Positions 44,450 to 57,739 of a stretch of 64,000 bases of DNA are shown here, in pieces. Origin of the DNA: Strigamia acuminata (taxonomy: Eukaryota). The stretch's first letter is position 1; the number at the start of each line of letters is the position of its first letter. The stretch covers positions 248,001 to 312,000 of the forward strand of contig OX442314.1 of NCBI GenBank assembly GCA_949358305.1, given 5' to 3'. The notes below the pieces were generated by a model. It worked only from the letters and a program-made list of their open reading frames with translations. It was not told where the DNA came from and searched no databases. The translations under genes and the position numbers were made by a program.

Positions 44450-45750
44450 GCTCGTTTGATAGAGGGCAATGATCAGTTGGTCACTCCTGGATAAACTGAT
44501 GACTTGAATTGTCTAATTGGAACTGGAAGAGAGCTCTGGTTGTGCAACACATCCATGCCAAATTACAACCCCAAACAAAGGGAATTTGCATGTTGATTTG
44601 AACCCACATTTCTGCACTTGTTTTCTTTCTAGCCAAAGCATCGTCCTGCTTCCATGCACTGTTTTCTTTCAAGTGCTGCCAATGGACAGCTACATATGGT
44701 GTGTTTGCTCATTGTGCAAAACTGTTTGCAATTATGTCTGGAATGGTGGCCTAAAAGTGGTAACTTGCATTGCCAAGCAAATGACAGCTAGAAATTTGCA
44801 GCGCTAAGCTTAAAAGAGCTCCGGTTGGCATAATGCTGGTATTGTAAGTCTGCACAGAGTGTAGCTTTTACCAATTTGTCATGAATTTTTATTTATCATT
44901 AATTTCTCCATTGATTTGAGATAGTACATCCAGTTGCTTCTGCTAGATGCTCTCATCCTCTTCTCGTTTAAGTAATGAGGAGTTTGATGATCCTTATTTG
45001 CCAAATATGAAACCTAACCATCTTATTTCCTTTCTTACCATTTTCTTTAAGGTGCTTGCTCTATTATAATTGCTGATTTATGATGTAAAGCATTAGGTTT
45101 ATCGCTACCAGTCTAGCCGTTCTAGTGTTAAACTCCCAGAGTTGCAAAAATCCTCAAAAAATATTTTTTGCTATTGGAAAACAATAATATGGTGGAAAGT
45201 TGTTTTCGTTTCTTGTGTGTCGAGTTTGGTTAATATCCAACTTTTTATTGTCTCTTATTGGAATCCTTTTATCTCTTTCTGTTAAATATTTCCACAATTT
45301 CTCCTGATTGCTTGTGTTGGGTAGCCATAGAATAGCTAGCATCTTTGCCAACTGCAAACAAGTTAAATCATTTCTTAATTTCAACTTCTCCATATTGTTT
45401 GTGATAATTACAGCCAATGGCAGAGTTTTATGAAGTTAAAAATCTTTAAGACTTCGTTTAGGGACCTGTGTCTGTGCCAATTATAAAATCTTTTAATGGC
45501 AAAAGCAATGGACAAAAAAAAACATTCTTTCAACAATTTTCATTCCTTTAAAACTTCTTGGGCGAACCTTCTGACTGTCTTTCTGTTTGTATTTATATTT
45601 CTTGGTCAATATTAATAACTTGTTTTCCTGTTGCTGCCAATGCTGGACTGGCCCGGTGGGATACCCGTGGCTTGATATAAATTTGTTCCCTTGGCCCGAC
45701 CTATCCAAATTTCTTGGTGCTAAATTTTTTTCCAGTCCAGCACTGCTCAT
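44450..45750 (-). mobile_element. Degenerate BEL/Pao-like gag relic (copy A)
   Basis: Broken minus-strand reading with Cys/His knuckle remnants (CKQFC..H..C..ERKQCMEAGRCF..KCRN..H..LC) and a DUF1759-like EKL..LP.T.N.E..W..L.ER segment. Confidence 0.45.
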
Positions 45751-45904
45751 TGCAGTTGAATTCAATTGAATTACAAACTGAAAACGTTCCCCTGAAACTA
45801 CTCTTTATCTTTATATCTTTATATCTTTATCTTTATATTTCTTTTTCTTAAATCTGAATGGAATTCCACCTAAGTAATTACACAACATTTTTTTAATCTT
45901 AAAG

Positions 45905-46935
45905 TTACCCTGGATCCTTTGCTTGTTTTTGTTATAATACAATTCAATGTAAAATAATTCGTTGATTTCGGTTGGTATTGGGATATGGTCGTTCTTGAAC
46001 TTCATTTTCTTGCATACGAATAACGATTTTGTATATAAATGCCGACATGATCTTGATAGGAGATGTTTGTTTTGACATCTTGTTCAGCAAAATATTCCTT
46101 CGGATTTGGGAAAACAGCCAGGAATTCTTTTACAGTAAAAATGCTGCAAAAAATAAATAAAATTATGCGAAAAAAAATTTATAAAAACTTTCTGTTATAT
46201 TATACAAATACCTTTCAACGAATTTTCTTTTTCGTGCAGCCTTTTGAGTGTCAACCAACATTGGATACGATTTGTTTTGTGTCCATTCGGAAATCTTTTC
46301 GTTCAGAACGTGGTTTTGAGATTTTTGAACGAAACGTGCCATGTGTTCTGGGTCTGCGTCCGGGAACAACTCTCTGATGAACGCTAGCCTTCCCGTTTCG
46401 GTGGAAGTGGACGCGATTGCTTTGAAGTCTCAAAACTACTTTCGAGATTGAAATTATAAAAACTGACTAAAACTGACTACTAAACACTGATTTCTAACTA
46501 AATGTCTCTGGAGCTGATAAAAATCCATTAAAAAATTGAAAAATCCATTGAAAAATTAAAAAATCTATTAAGAAATTAAAAAATCTATTAAGAAATTAAA
46601 AAATCCATTGAAAAATCATAGGCAAAACGCATAGGTAACGAGTTATAAATTTTAATTAATTTCATTAATTAATGCAAATTAATTAATCCAAGTTATTGAA
46701 TTTTGTGTGTTCAAAACGGTTTTCTGCAGCGCCGGTGGGGATGGCGTTTCCGGTTGAGTCTCATCATTATAAAATTGAGAACACCTTGTTTTCTAAACAG
46801 CTTAAAGGAATGTGATTTCCTAGCTTGCAGATCCTGCACGTTATTTGCATACATTCTGGATTCAGGCAACGAAATATTTTCTCTGGTGAACAATTCTTCC
46901 ACCTGTGATAAAAACGAAGTCGGGTCGAATCCCGT
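45905..46935 (-). pseudogene. RNF216-like RBR ligase fragments (copy 2)
   Basis: IBR-like FRCLNPECMQITCRICKLGNHIPLSCLE, FPDADPEHMARFV and EFLAVFPNPKEYF; contains stops and domains out of order. Confidence 0.55.
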
Positions 46936-47061
46936 TTCATCGAATGAAAATAACCTAAACCCAAAAACCTAACCTAACCTCTGCAATCCTCATCTCGCGT
47001 TCCGCGGCCTTTTTTTCTTTAAAATCTGAATGGAATTCCACCTAAGTAATTACAAAACATC

Positions 47062-48270
47062 ATTTTTAAAGGCTTTTATTTAACTTGACTTGCATGTTTG
47101 TGTGTTTGTTTGTGGGGTTCGACTTTCGGTACTTCCGGTTCCTGTAACGTGACCTGTAATGTAATTTTTTAAACCGCAGCGCCACCTTGCGGAACCCGTG
47201 TCCTTTAATGGATGCCAAAATGTTTGCCCGATACGGATTTTGATGTTTTCGATACCAAAAAACGTTCTAAAAATTCTGAAACCAAGTTCAATCTGGTTGA
47301 AATGAAAATTCCTATCTGCCCATATATTTTGTTTTTTAATATTGTCTAGAAAAAGTACTCTGGCGGCGATTTGAAACACCAATATAAAAGCCTTTTTTAA
47401 AAACTTGGTTTTTTATATTTACTTGTTTAGACTTCTAAACCTGATGTTTAGAAAGTCTAATGAAACGGCTCTGTCTGTTCGTCTTCAACGTCCGGTCACG
47501 TGACCTGATTGTAATGTTTCTACTTCCGGTACTTCCGGTTTGTGTAATATCCCAAAAAAATCAATTAAAAAATTAATCAGACGATTGGAAAGTAGACTTT
47601 TCTGGTGCAGTTTTTGGTCTACTTTCCAATCATAACAATGAAGTTGGCATTAAATATAGTTAAAAAGGAGAAAATGTTAAATTACAGCGAAATGTAATGG
47701 AAAACAGCGCCACCTGGCGGATCCCGTAAGCTATAATGGAGGCAGAAATCTTCGTCGCGAACTGAAAAATGCTGTTTTCTATCTCGAAATGAGATTTATA
47801 AATTTTGAAACCAGTCTCATTCGACTGGAAATCCAAATCTGCACTTGCCTGTATCTTTTATTTTTCAATTTGGTCAAGAAAAAGTACCGTTACGATCCAC
47901 CAAAGTCGGCGACCGCATGGCAAATTTGGTGGGAAATTTGAAAAAGACTGATTTTTAAAATTGAACAATTTTAATGATTAAATAAGGTTTCCTACGTGTA
48001 ATTTGGCGCTGAAAACGATGGCGTCATTAGTTTTTGGATCAAATATAGTTATAAAGGCGAAAAAAGCAAATTACGGCAAAATTTAAGTAAACCGGAGCGC
48101 CACCTGACGAAAGCCGTGACCGAAACGTAATGTAATGTAATGAAAATTGGACAAATGGAAGGGAAATTTGAAAAAAAATATATTTTAAAAGATTTAAAGG
48201 AAAGTGTAGAAGGGGTTTAGAAGTCTAATATGTAATGCTTCCCTGCATTACAAATCCCTGCTTGTTTAGT
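47062..48270. mobile_element. Helentron/DINE-1-like non-autonomous insertion with internal repeats
   Basis: Absent from the paralogous site at ~45890. It has T-rich flanks, a 5' tgtt/tgtg microsatellite, an inverted repeat (47062/47381-47403) and a 3' hairpin gtaatgc-ttccct-gcattac followed by cttgttt. Confidence 0.55.
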
Positions 48271-48284
48271 TTTTAATCTTAAAG

Positions 48285-48705
48285 TTACCCTCGATCTTTT
48301 GCTTGTTTTTGTTATAATACAATTTAATGTAAAACAATTCGTTGATTTCGGTTGGTATTGGGATATGGTCGTTCTTGAACTTCATTTTCTTGCAAACGAA
48401 TAACGATTTTGTATATAAATGCCGACATGATCTTGATAGAAGATGTTCGTGCTGACATCTTGTTCAGCAAAATATTCCTTCGGATTTGGGAAAACAGCCA
48501 GGAATTCTTTTACAGTGAAATTGCTGCAACAAATAAATAAAATTACCTGTATGCGAAAAAAATTTATTAAAACTTTCTGTTATACCGGTATTATACAAAT
48601 ACCTTTCAACAAATTTCCTCTTTAATGCTGCCTTTTGAACATTCATCTTCATTGGATAGGATTTATTTTGTATCCATTCTTGAATCGATTCGTTCAGAAC
48701 ATTAT
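48285..48705 (-). pseudogene. RNF216-like fragment (copy 3), split by the Gypsy insertion and continuing at 54362-54570
   Basis: Near-copy of 45905-46330. The reading KSQSHD/NVLNESIQEWIQNKSYPM is restored across the insertion site. Confidence 0.55.
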
Positions 48706-51700
48706 TTTTATGTCTACTGAACAGACATATTAAACTTGTGAATTTGTGTTGGAATGTACATTCCAAAGAGACCAAAATAAGAGACGTCTGTTTTGTTTTG
48801 AGTACGACCGTCGTCTGCTTTTATTTTAAAATAACAATGAAGTAATTTTGTACAATGGTTGTTAAGGTGTCGCTATCACTAGGTAAACTAGTAATAGCGA
48901 CATCTCTGGAGTCTCACTAATGTAGTCAACATTCATTCAATTCAATTACAAACATAACATTCGCCCCCACTACATTAGTATCTCTATTTCATCAAAATTC
49001 GAAATATTTCCAACAACTTATCTCTAACAATTTCACCGTTTGCAATTGCACAAACAGTGTATTATTAATTCTAACATCACTATTAATGTTTGCATTTGCT
49101 TTTCTATTTTTTTGTACATTTTATTTCAAATAAATTTCTCATCTTAACTACTACTTCTTGTTTAATTTCGCTTTTCCTGTTTTTCCTGCCAGCGCCTGCG
49201 TCCTCTGCTTCACTCTCGCTCTCCTTAACTCCAGATGACTTCCCGACGCTTCTGGCTCAGTTCCCATCTGTGGTTCTTGAAATGATGTTTCTTGTTCTGT
49301 CTCATCTTGCTCTTCCTGATCTCTAGGGACAAAATACATCATTTCAGCCACTTTCAAACCTTTTTTTCCCCTGGCAATCTTCGGTGTCTGCATTTGTGAT
49401 GTAGGCTGCACTTCTACTTCTTCTATCACTTCTTCGTCATGTTGATTTTCCGTATATGTTCCTGGTTCCTTCCTGGCGCCAGGTCGCAACTCACGAATGG
49501 CACTCAGTGGGTGTACTTCCACAGTCGTTCGTGGTGTCTGCGCCACTTCGGGCGTCTGGAACGCTTCTTCTACAGGAGACTCGGCCTGTTCATTTAGTCC
49601 GTTTCCCGGCTGTTTGGGAGTTTGTGGCGACGCCACATCAACTGCGCCGACGTCCTCCACAGGAACCTGTCCGCGGATCCCAATCACTCGGTGAACTATT
49701 TGGGCCTCATCTCCATCTTCTCCCTCAAAGTCTATTATATCTTGTGTGTCTTTATCGTCAATTTTCGTCTGTCCAGTTATCACCTCACTGCTCCCCCTTG
49801 CGCGTAGATGATTTATGTGTCGTACCACCGTTTTCTGGGTCGCTATGTCTTTGACAACATAAACCACCTCACCTCGCCGTTCCAGAACCACTCCTGGCGA
49901 CCATGGTGGTTTTACTTCTGGGAAAGAGCGGTACCAAACCGGTGTCCCAACGCTCAGCTGTCGGGCTGTCGCGGTGGGTGGTGAAGTCACTTGCTGTGCT
50001 GGTCTCGGCCGCACCAAATCCAAGTGTGTAGTTAGCTCCCTGCCAAGAAATAGGCGCGCAGGAGTTTGATCTCCTTTTCCCTTGAATGACGCGTGCTGGA
50101 GCAGCATTATACGCTGAAGCTTAAGTTCTAAGTCACCTTGCGTGGCCTTTACCAGCTTCTCTTTAATCCAGCGCACCGCGCGTTCGGCTTGCCCGTTGGA
50201 TTATGGGTGCCATGGGGGGGCATATATCTGGTCAATTCCATTCTGTGCCATGAAGTTCTTGAATTCTTGAGAAGTAAATTGGGTGCCATTGTCTGAAACC
50301 AACAAATGTGGCAGCCCGAACGTTGCAAACACGCCGCGAAGAGCTCTTATCGTCGTTGCTGAGGTCGCCGTCGCCATCACTCGTGCCTCGATCCAACCTG
50401 AATGAGCATCTACAATTAAAAGAACCATGTAACGCCCAATTGGGCCAGCGAAATCAATGTGCACGCGAGTCCACGGTCTCTCAGCGCGTGGCCACGCAAT
50501 TGGTATCGCGTGTGGCGGCAAAGCCTTGTTTTGACCGCACATGATACAGTTTTTTACAAATTCCACTATTTCTAAGTTCATCCCGGGCCACCACACGAGG
50601 TGTCTGGCGCGCTGTTTCATTATCACTATGCCAGGATGCCCCTCATGTAAGAGTTTTAGCATCTTCGGCCTTAAGTCCAGTGGGACCACTACACGCTCAC
50701 CCCATAAAATGACCCCACTTAATAATGATAACTCATCAAACTTCACCAAGTAAGCCTTTAACACCGGCGAGGCCGTCAGCAATTGTCTGTCTCCTATTTG
50801 TAACGCCGACACCACCTGTTTCAATATTACGTCGCTCACAGTGGCGTTTGCGATCTGGTCCGCCTTCATCAGGTCTTCCTCCGCCAATTCTGTCAGGAAC
50901 ACGGATGTTTCTTCCTTTTCCTGTTGCGGGGGTTCCTGAGGAAAACGGCTCAGGGCGTCGGCGTTTGAATTGTCCTCGCCTTTCCTGTACCTGAGATCGT
51001 AATCGTATGCAGATAATAACAGTGACCATCTCAAAAGCCTTGGTGAGATGACCTCAGGAATTGGGCGGTCTCTCCCAAATATTCCCAACAACGGCTTGTG
51101 GTCAGTGAATATCACAAAGTGTCTACCTTGCAGGTAAACATTAAACTTTTTGATGGCGAAGATGATCGCCAAGGCTTCCTTGTCCAGGTGGCTGTAGTTC
51201 TGCTCTGCAGAACTGAGCGATCTTGAAGCGTATGCCACCGGTTGTTCGTTTCCTGCATCATCCGGATGGGCCAGCACCGCCCCAACTCCAAAAGGAGATG
51301 CATCAGTGGCCAGTATCAGGGTTTTTCCCAAATTGTAGAATTGCAACACTGGGGCCGTGGTCAACGCTTCTTTAATTGCATCAAAAGCTTTTTGCCGTCT
51401 CCCAGTCCATGCCCACTCTACCTTTACACACAACAATTCGTAAAGAGGTGCCGCCATTTCCGCCAAGTGACTCACAAACACAGAGTAAAAATTAATAATG
51501 CCCAAAAAGGTCCTTAATTCTTTCACATCTCGTGGGGATCCTATCTTGGTCACGGCGTCTATTTTGGAACAAATTGGTAACACTCCATTTTTGTTAATGT
51601 GAAAACCCAAAAAGTCTAAAGCTTCCCTTAACAAACAACATTTTTCTTTCGCTAATCGGAGTCCAACTTCCAACAATTTACTAAAAATTATTTTCAATAC

Positions 51701-54361
51701 CTCCAAATGTTCCTCAACAGACGCCGTGGCTACCAAAATATCGTCCAAGTATATCCAAATCCTTGGCACACCAGCAAGCACTGTCACAATTATGCGTTGA
51801 AATGCCCCCGCCGAGGGCATGGTCCCAAAGGGAAGTCGGGTCACCGCCATCAAACCGCGTGATGTGTTCACTGCGGCCACCTCCGCTGACTCCGGTGCTA
51901 ACGGGATTTGGAGGTAAGCTTGTCTCAAATCTAAAGTGGAGAACCATCTGGCTCCTCCAATCGATGCAAGCAGCTCCGGAATCTTTGGCAGTGGGTAAGG
52001 GTCAGGCTGGAGGACCGGGTTGACCGTACTACGGTAGTCGCCACAAAGGCGTACCGACCCGTCCTTTTTCTGCACATGCACGAGGGGGGTTGCCCAACGC
52101 GAAAATTTTATGGGTTTGAATACCCCCTGTGCAACCAAACGGTCAACCTCACGGTCCACCGCCTGGCGCAACGGCAATGGCACCGGCCTTGGTCTATAAA
52201 ACCTCGGCGTCGCATCCGTCTTCAAAACCAATTCAACTGGTGTTCCAGTGTAAGTCCCCAGCTCCTCGGAGAACACTTCAGAAAATTGATCAATTACCTC
52301 TTCTAAATTATTCCAAATTGTACGTGGGCCTATATCCTCGCGCCCCGCAGTATCTTTCAGAAACTTCACTCACCAACCTCACTTTCCTATCTTTGAACAC
52401 TTCCATCAATGCTGACCACCCAAATCTATCCACTACATCACGCCCAAGTAGGCTGGGGCCAGAACTTGCCACTATCACGAATTCCACATCTCTAGCTATG
52501 TCTTTCACTATACACTTCAAAACCACTGCCCCTAATACCTCAATGGGCCTGCCTTGGTAAGCAAATAATTTTATACGGGTCCCCTTTATGTCTTGTGGTG
52601 TAATTCTATTATTTGCCAATAACAAATCACACATTTTCACATTTAACAAACTCCTTTCACTTCCCGTATCCAATAAAAATGTAAGTTTCTCCCCATTTAA
52701 TGTTACCGGCACCACAACTGGTGGTGAACGTATCTCCTCCTGTGACAGTTGAAACACTGCAAATTCGTCCTCTTCTTCTTGTCGAATTGCATTTACTGGC
52801 ACACGTCTTTGGCGCCAATTCTCTTCACTTTCAACGCCTTTGTCCATCTCGTTCGTCTCACATCCACTAAAATTAGCGGTCTGGTTCGCATCTGGTGGGC
52901 GCCGCCTGTCAAACGAGGTTCTGGGGTTGTACGCCGCGTCATAAGGGCAGTTCCGCAAAAAATGTTGTCCGCCACATCTATAACACGCAATTGGCGTCCC
53001 GTCTCGACGCCACGCCAATCCACCTCTTCCTCGTCCTTGGCCGGGGCGCCCACGTCCTTGTCCGTTACTTATACCATTTGGCGGCACGTCCCGTCTTCCT
53101 GGGAAACCTCGTGCTCTTCCTCGAGCACCGCCGCCTCTGCCTCCCGTCGACGTTTGGAGAACCGCCGCCGCAGGTGTGACCACTCCCGCCGGTCTTTCCG
53201 CCTCCACTATGGGCAACGCATCATCAATCCCTGTGGCTGTTATCGCTGCCACTTCGTGGGCCATTGCTAATTTCAACAGACTGCCCATCTTGATGGGCAT
53301 CTGTACTAAAACCTGCGTCACCAAGGGTGGGTATTTAATGCCGCGGATTACCTGGTCTATTACCGCATTGTCTATTTCCGTACTTGTAGTGAACCCGCAC
53401 TTTTGCGCGAGAACTTTTAAATCATTAATATACTTTTCAACCCCTTCGCCGGTTTTTCGGATCTTGCTTCCTAGCCTCTGCCGATTCATGTAGGGCGTTT
53501 TTAGGGTTTCAAAGTGCGTTTCTATTGCGGCCGTCAACTCCGCTAATGGGGTCGCTGTAACCGACTTCGGATATACCAACCGCTTTAGCTTTTCGTACAA
53601 GGTTGGCCCAATTGTCGTCAAAAATAACGGGACTTGTTTCTCCGCCGTCACATCGTTTAGTTTCACAAACTGTTCGAACCGCTCGAGCCACGACTCCCAG
53701 TCGTGCTGGTTCACACCTGTGAACGGGGGCAGCATCCCCAACATCACTTGGTTCGCGGTAGTCATTATGTGTCTATACAGATGTGGCTGGATTCGAAACT
53801 TGTTCCCTCCAGTCGCGACTAATCAACTGCGTCGATCCACGTCTATCTGTCGTGGAACGTCGTCGCAAAAGTCCGCCAAAAATCAACACGACACGTTTAT
53901 TTCTTTCAAAACAGCAACATGCACGCTTTAACCTTCCCGCAGAAACCGCTTTTCATCAAGTTGTACATCATTTCTTTCGAGTTTTATTGTCCAACTTTCT
54001 CTCTTTTTATCCTCGAATTGTTTTACTCTTTCAGTACAGCTCGTCAACGATTTCCGTTCTCTTCCACGTCAATACAGGCACATCGAAAATCCCATCGTGG
54101 ATACCATTTTTATGTCTACTGAACAGACATATTAAACTTGTGAATTTGTGTTGGAATGTACATTCCAAAGAGACCAAAATAAGAGACGTCTGTTTTGTTT
54201 TGAGTACGACCGTCGTCTGCTTTTATTTTAAAATAACAATGAAATAATTTTGTACAATGGTTGTTAAGGTGTCGCTATCACTAGGTAAACTAGTAATAGC
54301 GACATCTCTGGAGTCTCACTAATGTAGTCAACATTCATTCAATTCAATTACAAACATAACA
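48706..54361 (-). mobile_element. Full-length Ty3/Gypsy (K02A2.6-like) LTR retrotransposon
   Basis: 254-bp LTRs at 48706-48959 and 54108-54361 with one mismatch seen, ATTAT target-site duplication, PBS-like TGGTATCCACGATGGGAT (54089-54106) and purine tract at 48960-48974. Confidence 0.95.
49151..53765 (-). pseudogene. Gypsy gag-pol, disrupted
   Basis: Gag with CYRCGGQHFLRNC, protease LLDTGS, RT YLDDIL, RNase H TDAS and integrase IDFAGP/SDNGTQF. Frame change at ~52308-52369 and a TAA at 50201 inside WHP*SNGQAER. Confidence 0.9.
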
Positions 54362-54979
54362 ATTATCGTGGCTTTGAGATTTTTTTACGAAACCTGCCAT
54401 GTATTCTGGTTAGGCCAAAATGTTGATTTTTTTTTTTTAAGTAATCCTGACCTCGGCTGGTGAAGTATCGTTATCAGAATTGAGCTCGTCAGTGGCTGGT
54501 TGCGGCGGTCTCTGACGAACAATTCTTCCACCCGTGATAAAAACTGGAATCGGCGCCTGCGCATACGCTGTAGTGATCCTGAGCTTTAATAGAAACTATA
54601 ACTACCAAAACCCAAAATCTACTATTTCGGTTGCCACACCGGGTCTTACAAACTCTATATCTTCTAAAATTACTTAAAACTGACTTTATTTGACTGGAAT
54701 TGATTATTGCTTCAATCATACGATTAAAACAAGCAATTCGGGCTAATAAATGAAACAAATAAACTTATCTGTCTTTAAAATTAAACAAACTCATTTAATC
54801 TGGGCTCAGATTAAATCTGATAAAATACATATTAAAAACTGAGATAAATAAAATTATACAATAACTAATAATGACTTAAATAATGAGAAATAAAAGGAAA
54901 ATAAATGATTAAATCCAACAATCAGCGATGCAACGATGACTTCTCGTTCGTAGAGTCTGGTCGGCATAAATTCCGATTT

Positions 54980-55180
54980 ATCCATTGAAAAATTGAAAAA
55001 TCCATTGTAAAATTAAAAAATCCAATGGAAAATTGAAAAATCTAATAATAAATTGAAAAACCCATTGGAAAATTGAAAAATCCATTAAAAAATTGAAAAA
55101 TCTAATAAAAATTGAAAAATCCATTGAAAAATTAAAAAATCTATTAAAAAATTGAAAAATCCATTGAAAAATCATAGGCA
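54980..55180. repeat. Minisatellite, ~20-nt unit (tccattgaaaaattgaaaaa); shorter copy at 46520-46630
   Basis: Tandem copies; both arrays end in gaaaaatcataggcaaaac. Confidence 0.85.
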
Positions 55181-55189
55181 AAACATCCC

Positions 55190-55450
55190 CACGTCTATAA
55201 ATCACACATTTACACGAGAAACCCAAAGTATTTACCGATATACAACTTATTAAACCCCAGAAACAAATCCAAAAACAAAAACAAAAAAGTATTAAAAACC
55301 TCAAGAAAAAAAAAATTAAAAATTATATATTATTTACTTTGAAAATGAAAAACCTGTGGCGACCCACACCACAGCTGCACCGATGAAAAAGAGCACGTAG
55401 TAGACCACATAAAAATAAGAATACAGAGCACTGATGACAACATAAGCAAA
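55190..55450 (-). pseudogene. Possible UNC-93/MFSD11-like membrane protein fragment
   Basis: Hydrophobic exon-like piece YVLFFIGAAVVWVATGFSFSK followed by GT, then FWGL; family assignment is by weak motif recall only. Confidence 0.3.
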
Positions 55451-55489
55451 TTTTAAGGCAATTTTAAGCGTTTTATGCAATAACATATT

Positions 55490-57625
55490 GTTTTCTGCAT
55501 TTCGACATTGATACTTTCTCTAATCATTAGTTTATGTTCGATTTTCTAGTTTTGCGAAAAAGCACACGAGTTGTCCGACACTTGTCCGATGATATTTCAC
55601 ATGTTGGTGTTCCACTGCGTCGACGTTTGGATGCGCTCAAAAGACACGCGCCGCAACATGAGTGTGCACGCGCAATTGATGGCGAACGCGCTCGCGTGCG
55701 GTCCCGTCCATCGCAAAGACTAAAGAGTGAAGGGCGATGCGGACGCTTTTGTGTCCGCGCTCGGTGAAACGTGCACCGTCAACTCCGTGTTCGAAAGCGA
55801 TCACTTGGACGAGGTTTCCGTTCGAGCCGCTGCAGTGTCGTTGATTGTGAGTTTGGAAAGTGGTCATCCGTTGGTCGCCGAGTTAATCGCGCTGTTGCTC
55901 GCGCAAGACGCCGCGGTCGGTGCAACGGCGACTCGTTATTACGCAAATTCGCTGATCCATTTAAAGAAAAATCGAGTTTGGCAGACCATACTCGTCCTGG
56001 AACCACTTTGCGCTCAAGTAAATCGAATGATATCAATAATGTTTAAATTAACTAATGTTTGGAATTGTTTTTATTATCGAGGAAGCGTTAACTGGCGTTC
56101 TGAAGAATGTTTACAGCCAGCTCGTAGAGGAAGGCTCCCAATTGTCCATCCGAGTGATGCAAGAATGGCTGGCCGTCAGGATTTTGCTTCGATTCGCGAC
56201 CTTGCGAGACGAGATGTGGGACGAAATTGAAAAAGTAGCGAAAAAGTTGAAACTTGTTGCGATAATTTGATTGAATTGGATTAATTGCAGGCGGCAGGAA
56301 TCCGAGTCGGAAGCATCGGTTCGTTTCTGGGCATAATCTACCACGTGGGCAAACTGCTGGAACCGCAGCAGCGACAAGAAGAATTCGTGCTCGCCGCTTT
56401 CCGCTGCGTCCTTCCCTGGTGCATGGCACAAAACTTCAACACCAGAGTCACTGCACAAGTCAAGTTGACGAGTTTTTACATATTTTGCTGTGAATCTTAT
56501 CCGAGTCACTCTGCTTGCAGGTGGTCTTTCACAAATTGTGGCTGATTTGCGAATCGAACGATTTGAAAAATGCCCTCGACATGTAGTACGGTTCGGTCGA
56601 ATCCAGTTTGACGTTTTCGTATCGAGGTGGCAATTCGCAGAAAATTTTCGATAATTACTATTTCAAGGTGTTCGATGCTCGCAAACATTACTCCATGCAG
56701 GTGCAATTTACACATAATCGATCAGTGCATCGGGAAATAAGTGAAGACAATTTTTCACGACATTCTGAGGTTGACGGACGTCTCCGATTACGAGTGGATC
56801 CCGGCGCACGTTTTTACGAAATTTCGTAGCGAAGAAAACTCGTTTATTCGCACGTTTAATGGCGACGAAGAATTGAGTGCGTTTCAAACGGGTGAGTGGG
56901 TGCTGGCATTTTGAATCAATGTGCGAAACGAATAATCTGAATTGCAGAAGAAAACGTGCAAGTTGAAGTCGAAGTTGAAGAAAACGTGGAAAACAGGAAC
57001 GTGCAGAAGAAAATGACACCGTGCAAACGTGCGTCAAACGGCGAATTGATCGTGGTCGCGTCACTCATCGACAGAATTCCCAACTTGGGAGGTGAAATGG
57101 AATTAATGGAATTTATGGAATTAATCAAACTAATGAAATGAATTTGTGTTGTGCAGGTCTGTGCAGGAGCTGCGAAATCTTCGGGGCGAAGGAATACGTG
57201 GTGGCCAATATGAAATGCACCCAGGACAAACAGTTCCAGAATTTGAGCGTTTCTGCCGAGAAATGGGTGGCCATGTGCGAGGTGAAGCCTTTCCAACTCA
57301 AGGAATATTTGACGAGCAAGAGGAACCAAGGGTACGTCCTGATCGGCGCCGAACAGACCGCCGACAGCGTTCGGGTCGACGAATACAAATTTCCTCCAAA
57401 GTGCCTTCTGCTGTTGGGCAACGAGAAAGAAGGAATTCCGGTCTCGTTGATTCAAATGTTGGACGCGTGCGTGCAAATACCGCAGCGAGGAGTCGTTCGC
57501 TCCCTCAATGTGCACGTGTGCGGAGCGCTGCTTTTGTGGGAATATTCTCGGCAAAATGTAATAAATAAATAAATAAATGATTTTGAGAACAACACCAAAC
57601 CAAACCAAATATTATTTTTGCTGTA
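55490..57625 (+). pseudogene. TARBP1: Inverted partial duplicate of the TARBP1 3' end (with introns)
   Basis: Reverse complement of ~300-2450. CAA>TAA at 55721, a 12-nt deletion near 56637 and a 3-nt insertion near 56585; the SpoU exons are still open. Confidence 0.92.
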
Positions 57626-57739
57626 TTTTCTCGAATTTTAAAATTTTATCCTAATTGTAGACAGTGATGCAGGAAAAAGACAGATGGCCCCAACAAATCT
57701 CCGTAGACGTCGGATTGTTTTCTTTTCTGCGCATGGGCA

